Source of the DNA: Toensbergia leucococca | Taxonomy: Eukaryota | Reading direction: 5' to 3' | NCBI GenBank assembly: GCA_022813965.1 | Contig: JALDZS010000160.1 | Location: 1 to 53,861 of the forward strand | Length of the DNA stretch: 53,861 bases | Part shown: positions 25,713 through 37,127 of the stretch, in pieces | How positions within the stretch are numbered: the stretch's first letter is position 1 | Layout: each line of letters begins with the position of its first letter | Program-made: the position numbers and the translations under genes | Notes under the pieces: model-generated | What the model was told of the DNA's origin: nothing | The model's database searches: none | What the model saw: the letters and a program-made list of their open reading frames with translations, nothing else

Positions 25713-26397
25713 ATGCCACTAACCCTTTCCCTTGCTCTCCCCCCCGACATCCCCATCCTAACAGCTATCTACATCCATGCCTTCCACTCCGACCCCATCG
25801 CTCTGCGATGTTTTCCTCAGACCCCCGCCGTCCGCGCTTGGTGGGAAGCAAGCAATCACCACGCAATGACCACAGAACCCTTGGCGCGCTTTGTGCAAAT
25901 AACCACCGACGCCGGAGAAATAGTTGCGTACGCGAAATGGAACCTGCCGAATTATGAGGCTGGTGAAGAGGCGGAGGCTCCGACCGTGTGGCCGGAAGAT
26001 GGGGATAAAGAGCTCCGTGGAGTATTTTTCGGTGGGCTGGAGAGGAAGAGGAGGGAGATTATGGGGGAAAGACCACATTACTGTAGGTGGTGTATTTCGG
26101 AATGACTGTTCTTTGCATTTTATTATGAGAGGAGGGGCTGATTGGTTGGACGGCGGCGAAGATCTTGAGATGCTGGCTACACTCCCTGATTATCAGGGCC
26201 AGGGAGCTGCAGGCCAGCTTATCCGGTGGGGCTTGGAGCAGGCTGATCGGGATGGGCTGGAGGCGTATATTGAGGCTTCGCCAGTTGGCGCGCCGATTTA
26301 TGAACATTTTGGTTGGGTGGATATTGATACACTTGTTGTGCTTGATGGAGAGTACACAGAGCTTTGTATGCGTAGGCCGGCGAAGAACATTTCCTGA
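25713..26397 (+). CDS. GNAT family N-acetyltransferase
   Basis: GEIVAYAKW; PHYY|LEMLATLPDYQGQGAAGQLIRWG (acetyl-CoA motif); YIEASPVGAPIYEHFGW. Intron 26083-26161 (AAG acceptor). Confidence 0.9.
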
Positions 26398-27006
26398 CAC
26401 TCAAGGAGAGGGAGTAGCTTATCTAAAAGATCATTTTCTATCACATCTTATCAGCAACGGCTCGAGGCGTAATACACATTGGAGGTGACAATTAGAACCT
26501 TGAGATAACAGTTTCTGGGTTGCCTTATAAGTACAGCTGTGGGTTTCTATAGCCCTAATGATGGCTCGCCGAGTTTGGCTGAAATATCGGTAGCATGGGG
26601 GTTCGGCGGAGAAACCTGAGATTAATAGCTCACAACAAGAAATCAAATTGAGTATGATGGCACGTTGTAGGAAATTGAGAGTAGGAGATCCCGTTGAGTT
26701 TGATCGAAAGGGCTTGAAAGTCATCCTCAACCTCCTGCCACCTGAATCGTGACAGCAATTTTGATATCAAGTTCAATTAACATTCCAAGTCTGTCATTCC
26801 ATCCTACGGGCAAAATAGTATTATTGCCGGTAGTCTGTGGTCATTACTTCATTGCTGACTTCCAGACTCATTCTGACACTATATCCATGGCTTACTTCTC
26901 TCCTTACCTTACGCCTTTAAACGCGTACAGGGTATGTGTGAAGAGCAATCAGCAAACAAACATGGCCCCAGTCTTGCAATCCTTATTTCGCTATTGTGAA
27001 AACAAT

Positions 27007-30000
27007 CTAGACACCCCGGAACTAGATTTGACGTACGTCTGTCAGTGAATTTTCTCATAAACGGGCCCAGAAGCAGTAAAACCTCGTATCTGTGTTATCG
27101 AAAACAAGTCAAAAGGGACAGACTCACTAGTCGCACAACTAAGAACCACATAGCTCCACAAAATCTGAAAGCCGATAATCCCGCAACACTCCAAAGGACT
27201 ACCGCCATGTAGATCGTGCTTCTCTGTGTATCCGAATTTTGGACCGACACTCGCTCCAAGCCCGCCGTACTCAAGACCACGGCCGCAAGGGCGAAGTTAC
27301 AAAACATCCATACGAGTACCACAGCGCTCCGGAATCCTTTGTAATAGTCTTCTTGGTGTTCTGCTGCACTAACAACTTTTACCTCCTTGGGGGCTTTCTG
27401 AGCGATCCTGCTCATTTCGGCGTCGTACTGGGCATTGAGATCACCGTCGTCTTGGGGAATATCTACATCAACTTTCCCGCCTGGTTTGAGATCAACCGAG
27501 GGGAGTTTCTCGGCTTTGTCGTCGCCTTTGGTGCCCCAGGTTATGTCGTGCGTGTTGCAAAACGCGTAGACGTTGAGGATATTGATGTAGGTTGGAGTGA
27601 GAAGAAGGTATTGGATAAGCTACTCAGCAATGTCAGAAAAGGCCGACTGAAGGACGAGGAGGAAGAGGAGAATCAACATACACAGGTAAACATGTGCCAC
27701 GGATCAAAGAATAGGATCGAAGCTACAAACCAAAGGATGTAGGTCGAAGCAAGAGAGACAACCAGAGTGAAGAAGAGTTGGTTGCTAAAGAGATCCGAGA
27801 CACTGAAACCATTTTTTTTGACGTCTTCTTGAATCGATCTAACGGTAATGAAGACCGATGCAAACAGTAGATAGATCATGATACCGCACCAGAAGTATAC
27901 CATCGTCATGTAAAACTTATTAGATCCCTGCGGTCGGTTTCCAAGAGCCAAAACAAAACAGGTAAGAAGTGTAGCAAGGTACAACCATTCAAAGACTATT
28001 CCCAAAATCTTGCCTGTCAAGCCAAGCAAATCGCTATCTCCAAGAGAGTTCGTCAGGATATGGAAAACCAGGAAGAAGTTACCCTACAGCAACGATCAGC
28101 AACTTTCAATTACCGGATTACCTAGCAAAATACTTACAATGGCAAACCAAGCGAATAGCATGTTGATACTCTGATAGGTGAATTCTATTAGGAACATGAA
28201 TCGCCTCGACAAGCTGTGGTCACTGCGGTTAATCTGGTAGAAATGTGCCAAGGCGTACACCGCCGCAAAGAAGCTACCATTGAGCCATCTTCGTCGCTGT
28301 AGGATGAATTCAGCCATGGCGTCTGGAACATCCGTCTCGCCGGTTGATGATTTAACGTATTGCAAAATCCATCGACAATTTCTCTTGGACACCAGCTCGA
28401 AGCACAATATTCGATCCTCGGCCAGATACATGTTCGCGGTGAAGATGCCAGCTTTGGCGCCATGCATTGTTTCGCCTAAAAAGTACCTCTCCAACGGCCC
28501 TTGTCCGCTCTTGTCGTTTTGCAAGGCTATATAGCGGTAGGCAGAAAATGCACCAGGCAACACGGAGATGAATCCAAATGCCGACTCGAGAGGCTTGTCG
28601 AGGATGTTACTCATCTTGTATTCAAAATTTTGAGTTGCCACTAGAGGGTTGATGAGCTTCTTCCCACCTGACAACATCACTTTGATCTCCCCGCAAGCCC
28701 CTCCACACATAGGCTCTAGATCGAAAGCTTTCCATAGGTTGTATATTGAGTCCTTGCCGGGCTTAGTTCCAGCATCGAGAAGGACGCAAATATTTGGATC
28801 CAACACTCGGCCAAAAGCTTGGAAAAACCATCGGTGCGAGTTTATCTTTTTCTGATTCTTCTCCTTCAAGCAAAAGATCATTTGCACAGGAGTCGCGCCT
28901 TTCGGCTTCATGTGAACTATTTTGCCCTTTAATTCCATGCCGACCTGCGTTGTGTACTCGAAAATGTGAGCTGTAACATCTTTGCCACTGACTTGTTGCT
29001 TGGCAATACCGTCTTGATAGACTCCAAGCCCTGCCAATACAGCTCTTGTCCGCGGATTTATTTTTGCTCGGCCGTCGCTGACAACGCACACAACTATCTT
29101 CTTCCAGGCGTCTTTACCCCATGTTTTACTGTTAGTTCTTGAGCACATGTGCTCGATATTCTTGAAAACTCCAATCATAGTTCTCGCGAAGAGAAAATCG
29201 TCTTCATTGTACATGGTAACAACAATGAAAAGCTCAGTGTGCCTTGGCTTTGCGAAAAGCCGCTGGCGTAATGTGAAGCGATCGTCATAGAAGTCTTTAG
29301 GGTCACAAGTCGCTGCAGTGTATCGCATATGGGTGAACTCATCTCGACCTGGAGGTGGTGCATGAGGAAGTGGACTCAGTAGCTTCGGAGGTATTGGACA
29401 GTCGAGGACCAAATTGCCATTGAATAGCTGAACCTCCTTCACGGTCTTCCACCTCCTTATTGGAGTAGGACTTGGGCCTACTGGCGGTGGGGCGATGTCG
29501 TCCTCATACCCCGGTAGTGACGGTTGACTTGGTCCAAATGGATTGTCGGTCTGAAGGATCGGAACGTTGTCGCTCTCATCATAGTAAGGCTGCTGTTCTT
29601 GAGAGGGATAGTGCCCCAAAGGAACATCGTCGTGGTGAGTTGGCTCATAGGGCTGAGTATAGTAGGCATCATGATGCTCTTCTGGAGAAATTGCGTAGTC
29701 GTTGCTCTGATAATTGTAGTCACGGGTGGATGGATTATGCGACTCGTAGTGTTCGTTGTGGCCGTAGGAGTTGCCAATGTTTTCGACCGAGTAGGTAGGT
29801 TGGGCTGCAAGCCTGTCACTTGAAGCGAGGGGCCCCATACCCATTGGTATCTGTAGAGGAGCTTGCTGTGGTCTATATGGTCCATCTTCAAGTTGGTAGC
29901 CGTGAAGTGGTTGACCAGGGGAAGGCGATCGACCCGGCCGGCGGGGATCCATTGTAGGAGAGTTGTAGCCGTCGTCTTCCTGATGAACGCCAGGGTAATC

Positions 30001-30082
30001 TGAGAGTTTGGTTGAAGGTCAGTATGTAGGCTGAATGAAATGCGCGGTACTGGCACGCCGTACCTATACGGTTGTATGACAT
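27007..30082 (-). CDS. Class I chitin synthase (GT2; A. nidulans ChsC type)
   Basis: MSYNRI...RSPSPG N-terminus; [32 protein letters not shown] and QRRRW motifs. Introns 30063-30000, 28137-28084, 27681-27620 and 27127-27022; last exon FRGV*. Confidence 0.93.
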
Positions 30083-30551
30083 GTCACCAGATTTGACGGA
30101 TATATTCGAGGAATGCTTCGCAATGAGTGATGTTTCAGATTCAGCGAATGCAAATGGGTTTCAAGAGATGTAGTTGGCGAGATGCACAAGACGAGTCATA
30201 GACTTGGTTTAGCAAGAGGGCCTCATTTGCTCTATGGTTGTGTTCTGAGATGAACCTGTACGTTCAATTCAAAGTCTCAGCCTGTGTTTGTGTTTACTCC
30301 TACCTACTCCGCTACGACTACTCGTACCCGTACCAGGTGCCAGCCTACTAGGCTGACCACGCATCCCTGTAGAATAGAATAGTGCTATTTTAACTAGGAT
30401 TGCTGACGCACGGACCGAGGGGACGGTAGCTCAGCCGGCCTCGACCACGTAAGTACAGCTATTCTACTCTGAACATTCTACACCTATCAAATTCATGTTA
30501 ACTTGTCATGCATTGACTGACTAGAACGTCCGAGGCAGTGCATGAGCCGAG

Positions 30552-31133
30552 ATGGACAATAACGAGGTTGATGATCGAGCCTCTTCCGTGTCAGTGCTTT
30601 TTGTCTGCCTCGGGAATATCTGTAACTGTTCCACCGGCAAGGTTGACATCTACTCTTTGATGCTAAGTCTATCAGGTCGTTCACCTATGGCTGAGGCTAC
30701 TTTTCGCTCGCTCTCTTCATCAGAGTCTCGAATTTCTCTTGTTGATTCCGCTGGTACTGGAGCCTACCATACAGGGGACTCGCCTGATCCACGCACAATA
30801 AGTACTCTTGAGGATAAAGGAATTGGAGACTACGAGCACGGGGCACGCAAGATTCGATCTTCAGACTTCTCCACTTTTGACTACATCCTAGCCATGGACA
30901 AGGACAATCTGCGGGACTTGCGTCGGACAAAGCAACGCTTGGCCAAGTCAGATGGAGACCATACGGCGCAAGTCATGCTCTTCGGTGACTTTGGAGGTAG
31001 GATAGGCGAAGAGATTATTGATCCATATTATGGTGCAAGAGATGGTTTCGAGGTTGCTTACGAGCAGGCGGTTAGATTCTCAAAAGGGTTCCTCAAGCAA
31101 GTACTTGGTAAGGGGGAGGAAATGTCGCCGTAG
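30552..31133 (+). CDS. LTP1: Low molecular weight phosphotyrosine protein phosphatase
   Basis: VLFVCLGNIC|RSPMAE P-loop is restored by removing intron 30622-30675; DSAGT, DYILAMD and DPYYG motifs. Confidence 0.93.
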   Translation: MDNNEVDDRASSVSVLFVCLGNICNCSTGKVDIYSLMLSLSGRSPMAEATFRSLSSSESRISLVDSAGTGAYHTGDSPDPRTISTLEDKGIGDYEHGARKIRSSDFSTFDYILAMDKDNLRDLRRTKQRLAKSDGDHTAQVMLFGDFGGRIGEEIIDPYYGARDGFEVAYEQAVRFSKGFLKQVLGKGEEMSP

Positions 31134-31316
31134 TCAGGTCGACGACTCGCTGGCCAATGAAGCAATTCTCAAAGGGATGTATTGTGCACAGCATGAGGTG
31201 GAGCTGACCAATTTATCAACACAGAGCATTGGCGCTAGAAAACCCCTCCCATTACGCGAAGTTCAGTATTCTGCAATTTCGTAATCAACTCGAGCTCAAG
31301 AAAACATCTTCCTTGC

Positions 31317-32675
31317 TCAAGGATTGCTGCTCGCTGATGCATCCGAGCCCTCTTCCACAAGCCTAATACTTCCTGTCCTTCGAGCAGTCCTCGAGTCTTT
31401 CCAGTCATTCAATAAAAAGCTACCATGACACAATATCCCAGCTAGGAATCCTATAGCATCGTTTTTGAAGGCTAGCAGGCCCCCTACAGTCATAAGCATG
31501 ACCGTCCACCTCCTTCTTTTCTCCTCGTCTGTCAAATTCTTGATTTTCTTTCCATCACTCCCACCGCTTCCATCAACGTCTCTCTCATTATCTTGCCGCA
31601 AGTCTCTAGCTCCAGCTGTATTTAAGCTTTCGCCAACATTCGCCAACTCCAATCCAGCTGCGATGACCAATATACCTAGTAAGCTCTTTGAAAAATGCTC
31701 AAACACCAATTTTGCGAAATTGCCGGTGAACAAGCCTAGGAGAAGCTTTATCAACCCAAGAAATATAATACTTGCACCCGAGCGTGCTCCAAATCGGTAC
31801 TGGGCCGCTAGTCCACCACTCCCGTGACACACTGGCATACTGCCAAACCAGCAGCTGACTAAATTCATGGCCATTACGCTAATACCCAAAGATGTGACTG
31901 ACGGTGCTGGTACATCAGGGAGGAGATCTGCAGATAAAGAAGCGACCGCAATAACTGAATTTAAAGTAGTCAACGGTAATTGGCCGAGACCAGCATTGAA
32001 TGATCCGGTACGGAAGTCTGATGGAGAAGGGGCAAAAGCGTGTGGGTTCCAAATAGTGAAGACTGGCAAACTTCCATAATGAGGGCTTCCTACAGGGAGG
32101 AGGATTCCGACCAGAAGCATGAGAAGTGCATAAGGCATTCGCGGAAACATTGGAGCACTCAAAAGAAGCAGAAAGGCAAGAATCACCACGATCCAATTGG
32201 CAGACCAGAGTAGGGCTGGCTGGAGCAGAGTTGTGCCTGCAGATATAATTAGGGACAGTCCGGCACCTATTTGAATCCCTTTGATGACAGGTATTGGTAT
32301 TCTCCTTGTGAACCATGTCAATAGCCCTGTGATACTCAAAAAACCGATGACCCCTGCAACAAAAAGGCCAGCAGAAGCAGTCTGCGCTTTTGTAAAACCT
32401 TCAGCCAAGGCTACTGCTGCGATAGCTTTCATAGGTTGCACCGGCAAAGGTATACCAAAGAGTATCCCTGTGAGAATATTCGCAAGACCTGTAAACACGA
32501 GTGTACTGGATATGGAAACTGACTCTTGGTTTGTCAAGGCTATGAGAATGGGCAGTAGAGTCCCAAGGTCACCGAAAGAACCAGATATCTCCTTGAGAGG
32601 CTGATGACGAAAAGTCCGTAGATTGTAGAGCTGAGCTTTACGAACACTCTGCATGGTCACATACACTGCTTCCAT
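31317..32675 (-). CDS. Molybdate transporter, MOT1 family
   Basis: EISGSFGDLGTLLP, PLPVQPMKAIAAVA, GQLPLTTLNSVIA and FGSMPVCHGSGGLAAQYRFGARSG. ATG 32675 is preferred over the ORF-track start. Confidence 0.88.
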   Translation of the reverse strand: MEAVYVTMQSVRKAQLYNLRTFRHQPLKEISGSFGDLGTLLPILIALTNQESVSISSTLVFTGLANILTGILFGIPLPVQPMKAIAAVALAEGFTKAQTASAGLFVAGVIGFLSITGLLTWFTRRIPIPVIKGIQIGAGLSLIISAGTTLLQPALLWSANWIVVILAFLLLLSAPMFPRMPYALLMLLVGILLPVGSPHYGSLPVFTIWNPHAFAPSPSDFRTGSFNAGLGQLPLTTLNSVIAVASLSADLLPDVPAPSVTSLGISVMAMNLVSCWFGSMPVCHGSGGLAAQYRFGARSGASIIFLGLIKLLLGLFTGNFAKLVFEHFSKSLLGILVIAAGLELANVGESLNTAGARDLRQDNERDVDGSGGSDGKKIKNLTDEEKRRRWTVMLMTVGGLLAFKNDAIGFLAGILCHGSFLLNDWKDSRTARRTGSIRLVEEGSDASASSNP

Positions 32676-33020
32676 GATAACGATGCCAGACAGCTCAGGT
32701 CGATGAAATAATAGAATATTCAGTGCTAGAAATGTAGAGACTTTCTGTCCGTGCGGATACGGGAGTACTGGAAACGGAGGTAGACGTAAGGAACGAAGCC
32801 ACCAAAAGTGGACGTGAGGATTGAAGTCGATCAGGATAGCTGAAAGGCATGATGGGCACGAAGCCAATCGAGAAGTGAATCGACACATGACCAATGCGAA
32901 CCAGATGATACGATAGTCGCTCTGGCGCGCGTACGGCGTTTACGGCGTCTAAGCGATCCCGCTCCTTTCTTAATGTTGCTCGCCTCGAGTAAATGTCGAT
33001 ACGTATACTCCGTAATCATC

Positions 33021-34128
33021 ATGAATGTTATTAGACCCTCCGGGCGGCTGATTCAATCAGGCTAGTACTCCTGGCACAGACTAATCCTCGTAACAATAGA
33101 TAGCTAACTCTCTGCAACTTCCAGCCGCCACTTTCAAGGGACATCTCCATGGAGCAACAACCCTATCCACCCCCTCCCGCCGCACACTCTTCGAAAAATA
33201 CTGGTCACGTGGCAAGAAACCTCCCTCCGAAATAGTTGACCCAACCTCCCCCAACTTCCTCAAAGCAAAGACCGCCCAAACCTACCAGCCCCAACCCCAA
33301 CTCGGCGACCTAGCCCCCGGCTCCATCTTCGATTCTCCCGATACCCGCACTCCCTCCACCGGCCCCTCTTCCACCAAAACCCCAGACGCTCGTCGCCAGC
33401 TCCAACGCAATCCCGACGCCATGGCCGCAGTCCTCGACCCCACCCCCAGCACCCGCAAACGCTGGCAGCGGAAAATGGTAATCCGCGACATCCGCAGCCG
33501 GCACCGCCTCTCCAAAACGCGCAGAATCCTCCGCACCGAACGCTCCTCGGTCTGCAAATCGCACGGTGCGAAAACGAGTGTGAAGAAACTGGGGCCGTTG
33601 GCGCGGCAGATTGCGGGCAAGCCGATTGAGGATGCGATTGTGCAGATGCGGTTTAGCAAAAAGAAGGCGGCGGCGGTGGTGCTGAGGCATTTGGAGTTTG
33701 CGAGGGATGAGGCTATTGTGAGTAGGGGGATGGGGTTGGGGGCAGGGGAGGGAGAGGGGGTTGTGGTTGAAGATGGGAAGGGAAAGAAGAGGCGGGTGAG
33801 GGATGAGACTGCTATGTATGTTGATCAGGCATGGGTAGGGAGGGGGCGGTATGGCAGGGAGCCGAATCCGAGGGCTAGGGGTAGGATGGATGTTTTGAGA
33901 ACGCCTACTACTAGTAAGTCTTTTTTTGTTCTTTTTGTGGCCCTTGGTCGTGAGAATATTGTGTCGGGTTGCTGATCGGCGGGGCTAGGTATCACGGTGT
34001 TGTTGAAGGAGGAGAAGACGCGGATCCGATTGGCTAGGGAGAGGGAGGAGAAGAGGCTGAGGAAAAAGGTGTGGGTGCCGTTACCAGATCGGCCTATTAC
34101 GGCGCAGAGGCAGTACCCGCTTTGGTGA
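33021..34128 (+). CDS. MRPL22: Mitochondrial ribosomal protein uL22m
   Basis: GDLAPGSIF, RWQRKMVIR, TSVKKLGPLARQIAGKP, YVDQAWVGRG and T|SITVLLKEEKTR. Intron 33914-33988, plus a probable GC-AG intron 33061-33124 (or 33103). Confidence 0.9.
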
Positions 34129-34819
34129 AAATTTTGTATCGAAGTCCTTTTTTTCCTGAGCGCGATTTTGTGGATGAGTGGCTGCTGTGTTCATAGATAT
34201 TACCAATGTACCAACAACACAGTCAAATCTGTACATTTAGTGACTCCAGGACAATTGACTAAGCACGATTCTTTCAACCTCTCCATTGCCCTTCTGAACC
34301 CCCTTTACAGAAAACCGAGATTTCTCTCCCTTGCCCCTCCATCACCATACACCCAACCCACATTCCCCTCTGGCCCAAATAAAATCAGCTCGCACAAACC
34401 TATCCCAAACCCAAATCCCAAATTCCCCCACCCTCCCAACCAGAAACTTCGACCTGCCACACGCCACCCAACTGCTCAACATGCAAGTGGCAACTCCAGC
34501 AACCAATGCTTCCTCAACTGACACTCCTTCAAGGGGAGCTTTCACTGCGTACCATATTTTTACACTGAGTATTAACTGATCAAATGAAGTTTGATCAAGC
34601 ATAGATCAAGAAATCTCAGACTCACCACCGACACGGAAAGCCTCCCCAGTCATAAAGTACCTACGTCTGCACTCCAAAAATGTTTGATAATCCAGGAAGC
34701 TCTGTACTTCAAAGGCAAATGAGACGTCAAAAAGATGTATCTGTAGGTAGGTATTATTACAAATTTTCAAGGTTCTCAAGCACCGTCTGTCAATATTAGA
34801 TTGCACGACTCTCCTCTCC

Positions 34820-36632
34820 TCAAAGAATGTTGAAAGTCTGTTCAGTAACGTCGCTTGTCAGACCCTCACCGTGCATAGCCCCCTGGATATAGCATGCTCC
34901 CATCAGTTTGTAGTAGCCACCCCCAACTGGTCGAAGGAGGAAGGGCACTTCTGCGCCAGCGAAGATACAGACTAAATCCCCCACTGCGCCTGCTTCAGGT
35001 AGCCAGCCCAGATAGTGCCCCTCGGTAACGCAGAGTCTTCTATAAGGGATTGTGTTGTTCATAACGTTCAGGTAGGCGTCAATAGTATCTGAGTTTGCAA
35101 CATCTTCTACCTTTTTCTTTCCGCACTCGATGTCATCAAGGTGGAGCAGAAGGTCACGAGTTGCTCGGTAACAGATCCTGTGCACCTGGTCAGGCGGATG
35201 GATTCTGTTCTCTAGTTTTACAGGTTGATTCATGACAAAGAGGCGACTATAAGCATCTTCAAACGTTTCTTTCCCGGGATATTTTTGGGATGAGATGGTA
35301 AATGTCATCAAACTCTTGAAATCTGGTCTTTAGGTGATGAAATTTGTTTTGGTAATCGTCCATGCCAAAGGAGAGGTGCTGGACTGAGTCATAGAGGTGG
35401 TCAGCGGTGCGTGAAACTGTATCGAAGACAAAACCCGTCACGCTCAGCACTTGATTATGCTCAGAATGCGTCCATTGTGGTTGTGTGCCTACTGCGGCTT
35501 TGAAACCCCAGGTTTTCAAGAATTGGAATGCAATTCGATGACCACTCTGAAGGTTTTGTGCTGCCCAATCTGGAACCCAGGATGGTAAGCATGAGCTCGA
35601 ATCATTGACAGCATGGTCAACGCAGCATAAGACGTAGAAAATATCAAGAGTCAACTGGCGGATAGCAGTAGAAGCGTAAAGCTCCTCGCAAGAAATCGTA
35701 TAATCTGGCTTGATATATGAGTTGTCTGAGGTCAGAGAAAGAAGGGCGTAAATTTTGTCGCGCGGATCGGTGGACTTTGTGTATTTGAATAAATCTAGCA
35801 AGAGAAACATGGGTGAGTCTGTGGGCCCCTGGTTCTGATGGCAGAGTTTTTGAATCAAGGATATTCGCGTGATGGCTAGGTGGGACAAGCCTTGTATCCA
35901 TGAACCCAAGTTATTATCAAATATCCAATTTACCGTCTTCGTCAGAGCGTTCCAGCTGCTTATCTGATCGCCACAGACAACTTGAGCCTGGGCAGGTAGA
36001 ACTACCTCTTGGATTATCCAGGCTCTTGTGAACCATGGATGGTTGAAGACCGAAGAAAGAGCACGCCACAATGTAAAATTCCCTGCGTTGATCGTGTGCA
36101 TATATTGTATAAATTTGGGGTCATACATCTCCAAGCCTTCCTCGAACTTTCGAATGAAGTCAAAGGCTTCTGCAACATTCTCTGGTCCGTCCCCTAGCCA
36201 AATGAGTACCTCTGTAGCAGTACCATATATTTGGCCCATAATGCTGACCTGCTTCTCTCGTTCCTGCACATCATCTTGATTGATGCAAACTGCATCCACC
36301 CAGAGAGTACTTCGTCGATGTGGGTTACGAAAGCGCTCCAGTGCGGAGTACAGATTCGCCGTCACAGGAAGAATCTCTTCCAATATCTTCACACCATGTG
36401 TTGGAATGTTATTATCCCAAGTATACGAAAGTGCTTGATAAGTTGGCTTATTCTTCAAGTTCTGACGAGACAAATTACACGCAATCTCATCGTCGCCTTG
36501 TCCAGGATCTATGACTAGCAGTCGAATATCATCGGACTGATCAAGGACCGAATACTGATACAAAGTCGGTGCCGACTGTGCATGGTGAAGGCCTAGCAAT
36601 GCTTCGAAACTCGTCACGGCTGATTGGGGCAT
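34820..36632 (-). pseudogene. HET-domain (HET-6-like) heterokaryon incompatibility protein with a single +1 frameshift (pseudogene or assembly error)
   Basis: YQALSYTW, LWVDAVCINQ, QVSIMGQIY, WFTRAWIIQEV, TDPRDKIYALL, LPSWVPDW and C-terminal PFLLRP...LMGACYIQGAMHGE. Removing one base from the T5 run at 35282-35286 joins the two ORFs (LIPKYPGKE). Confidence 0.8.
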
Positions 36633-37127
36633 GACAAAACCAGTGCATCATCTTGTTTGAATATCAACGAATGATATGCCCAAGTAATCACCAGGAGTAC
36701 GACGCAGTCGGTAGAAGGTAGAAACCTCGGCCCCCCGCCAAACTTTGATGTGTAGGAGGTAGGAAAGAAGATCAACACATTCCTCGATTGGTGGGCCGAG
36801 ACTTCTGCCGACCGCCTCATATCCGTTTCTTTCTATCCACTCGACTCCCTCAACGTTTCTTTTCCCACCCGAAAACGCACGTTCTCGAGAGTCCTTAATG
36901 TATGTATCATGTATGCATTATATAGAGGACATGCACAAATTTATATGCGATCTTGCCCTTATCCATCCCACCAAATAGCATGTATATACAAATGGTATAT
37001 AGACTATCTACACGAGATACTACCTCATCTACCCCATCTCAAATCATTGAATGACTTATACGGCGCAGGTAGATTGGAACTCTTGAATGTCCAATCCATC
37101 TCTACCGCCTAGGGTAAGATTCAATGC

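Noticed and set aside
30419..30438. tRNA-like 5' end GGGGACGGTAGCTCAGCCGG (A-box-like)
   Set aside because: There is no D-stem closure, anticodon arm, GTTCRA B-box or acceptor-stem complement downstream.
32676..32894. N-terminal extension of the molybdate transporter ORF
   Set aside because: It runs into the shared promoter with MRPL22 and has no family-like sequence; ATG 32675 fits better.
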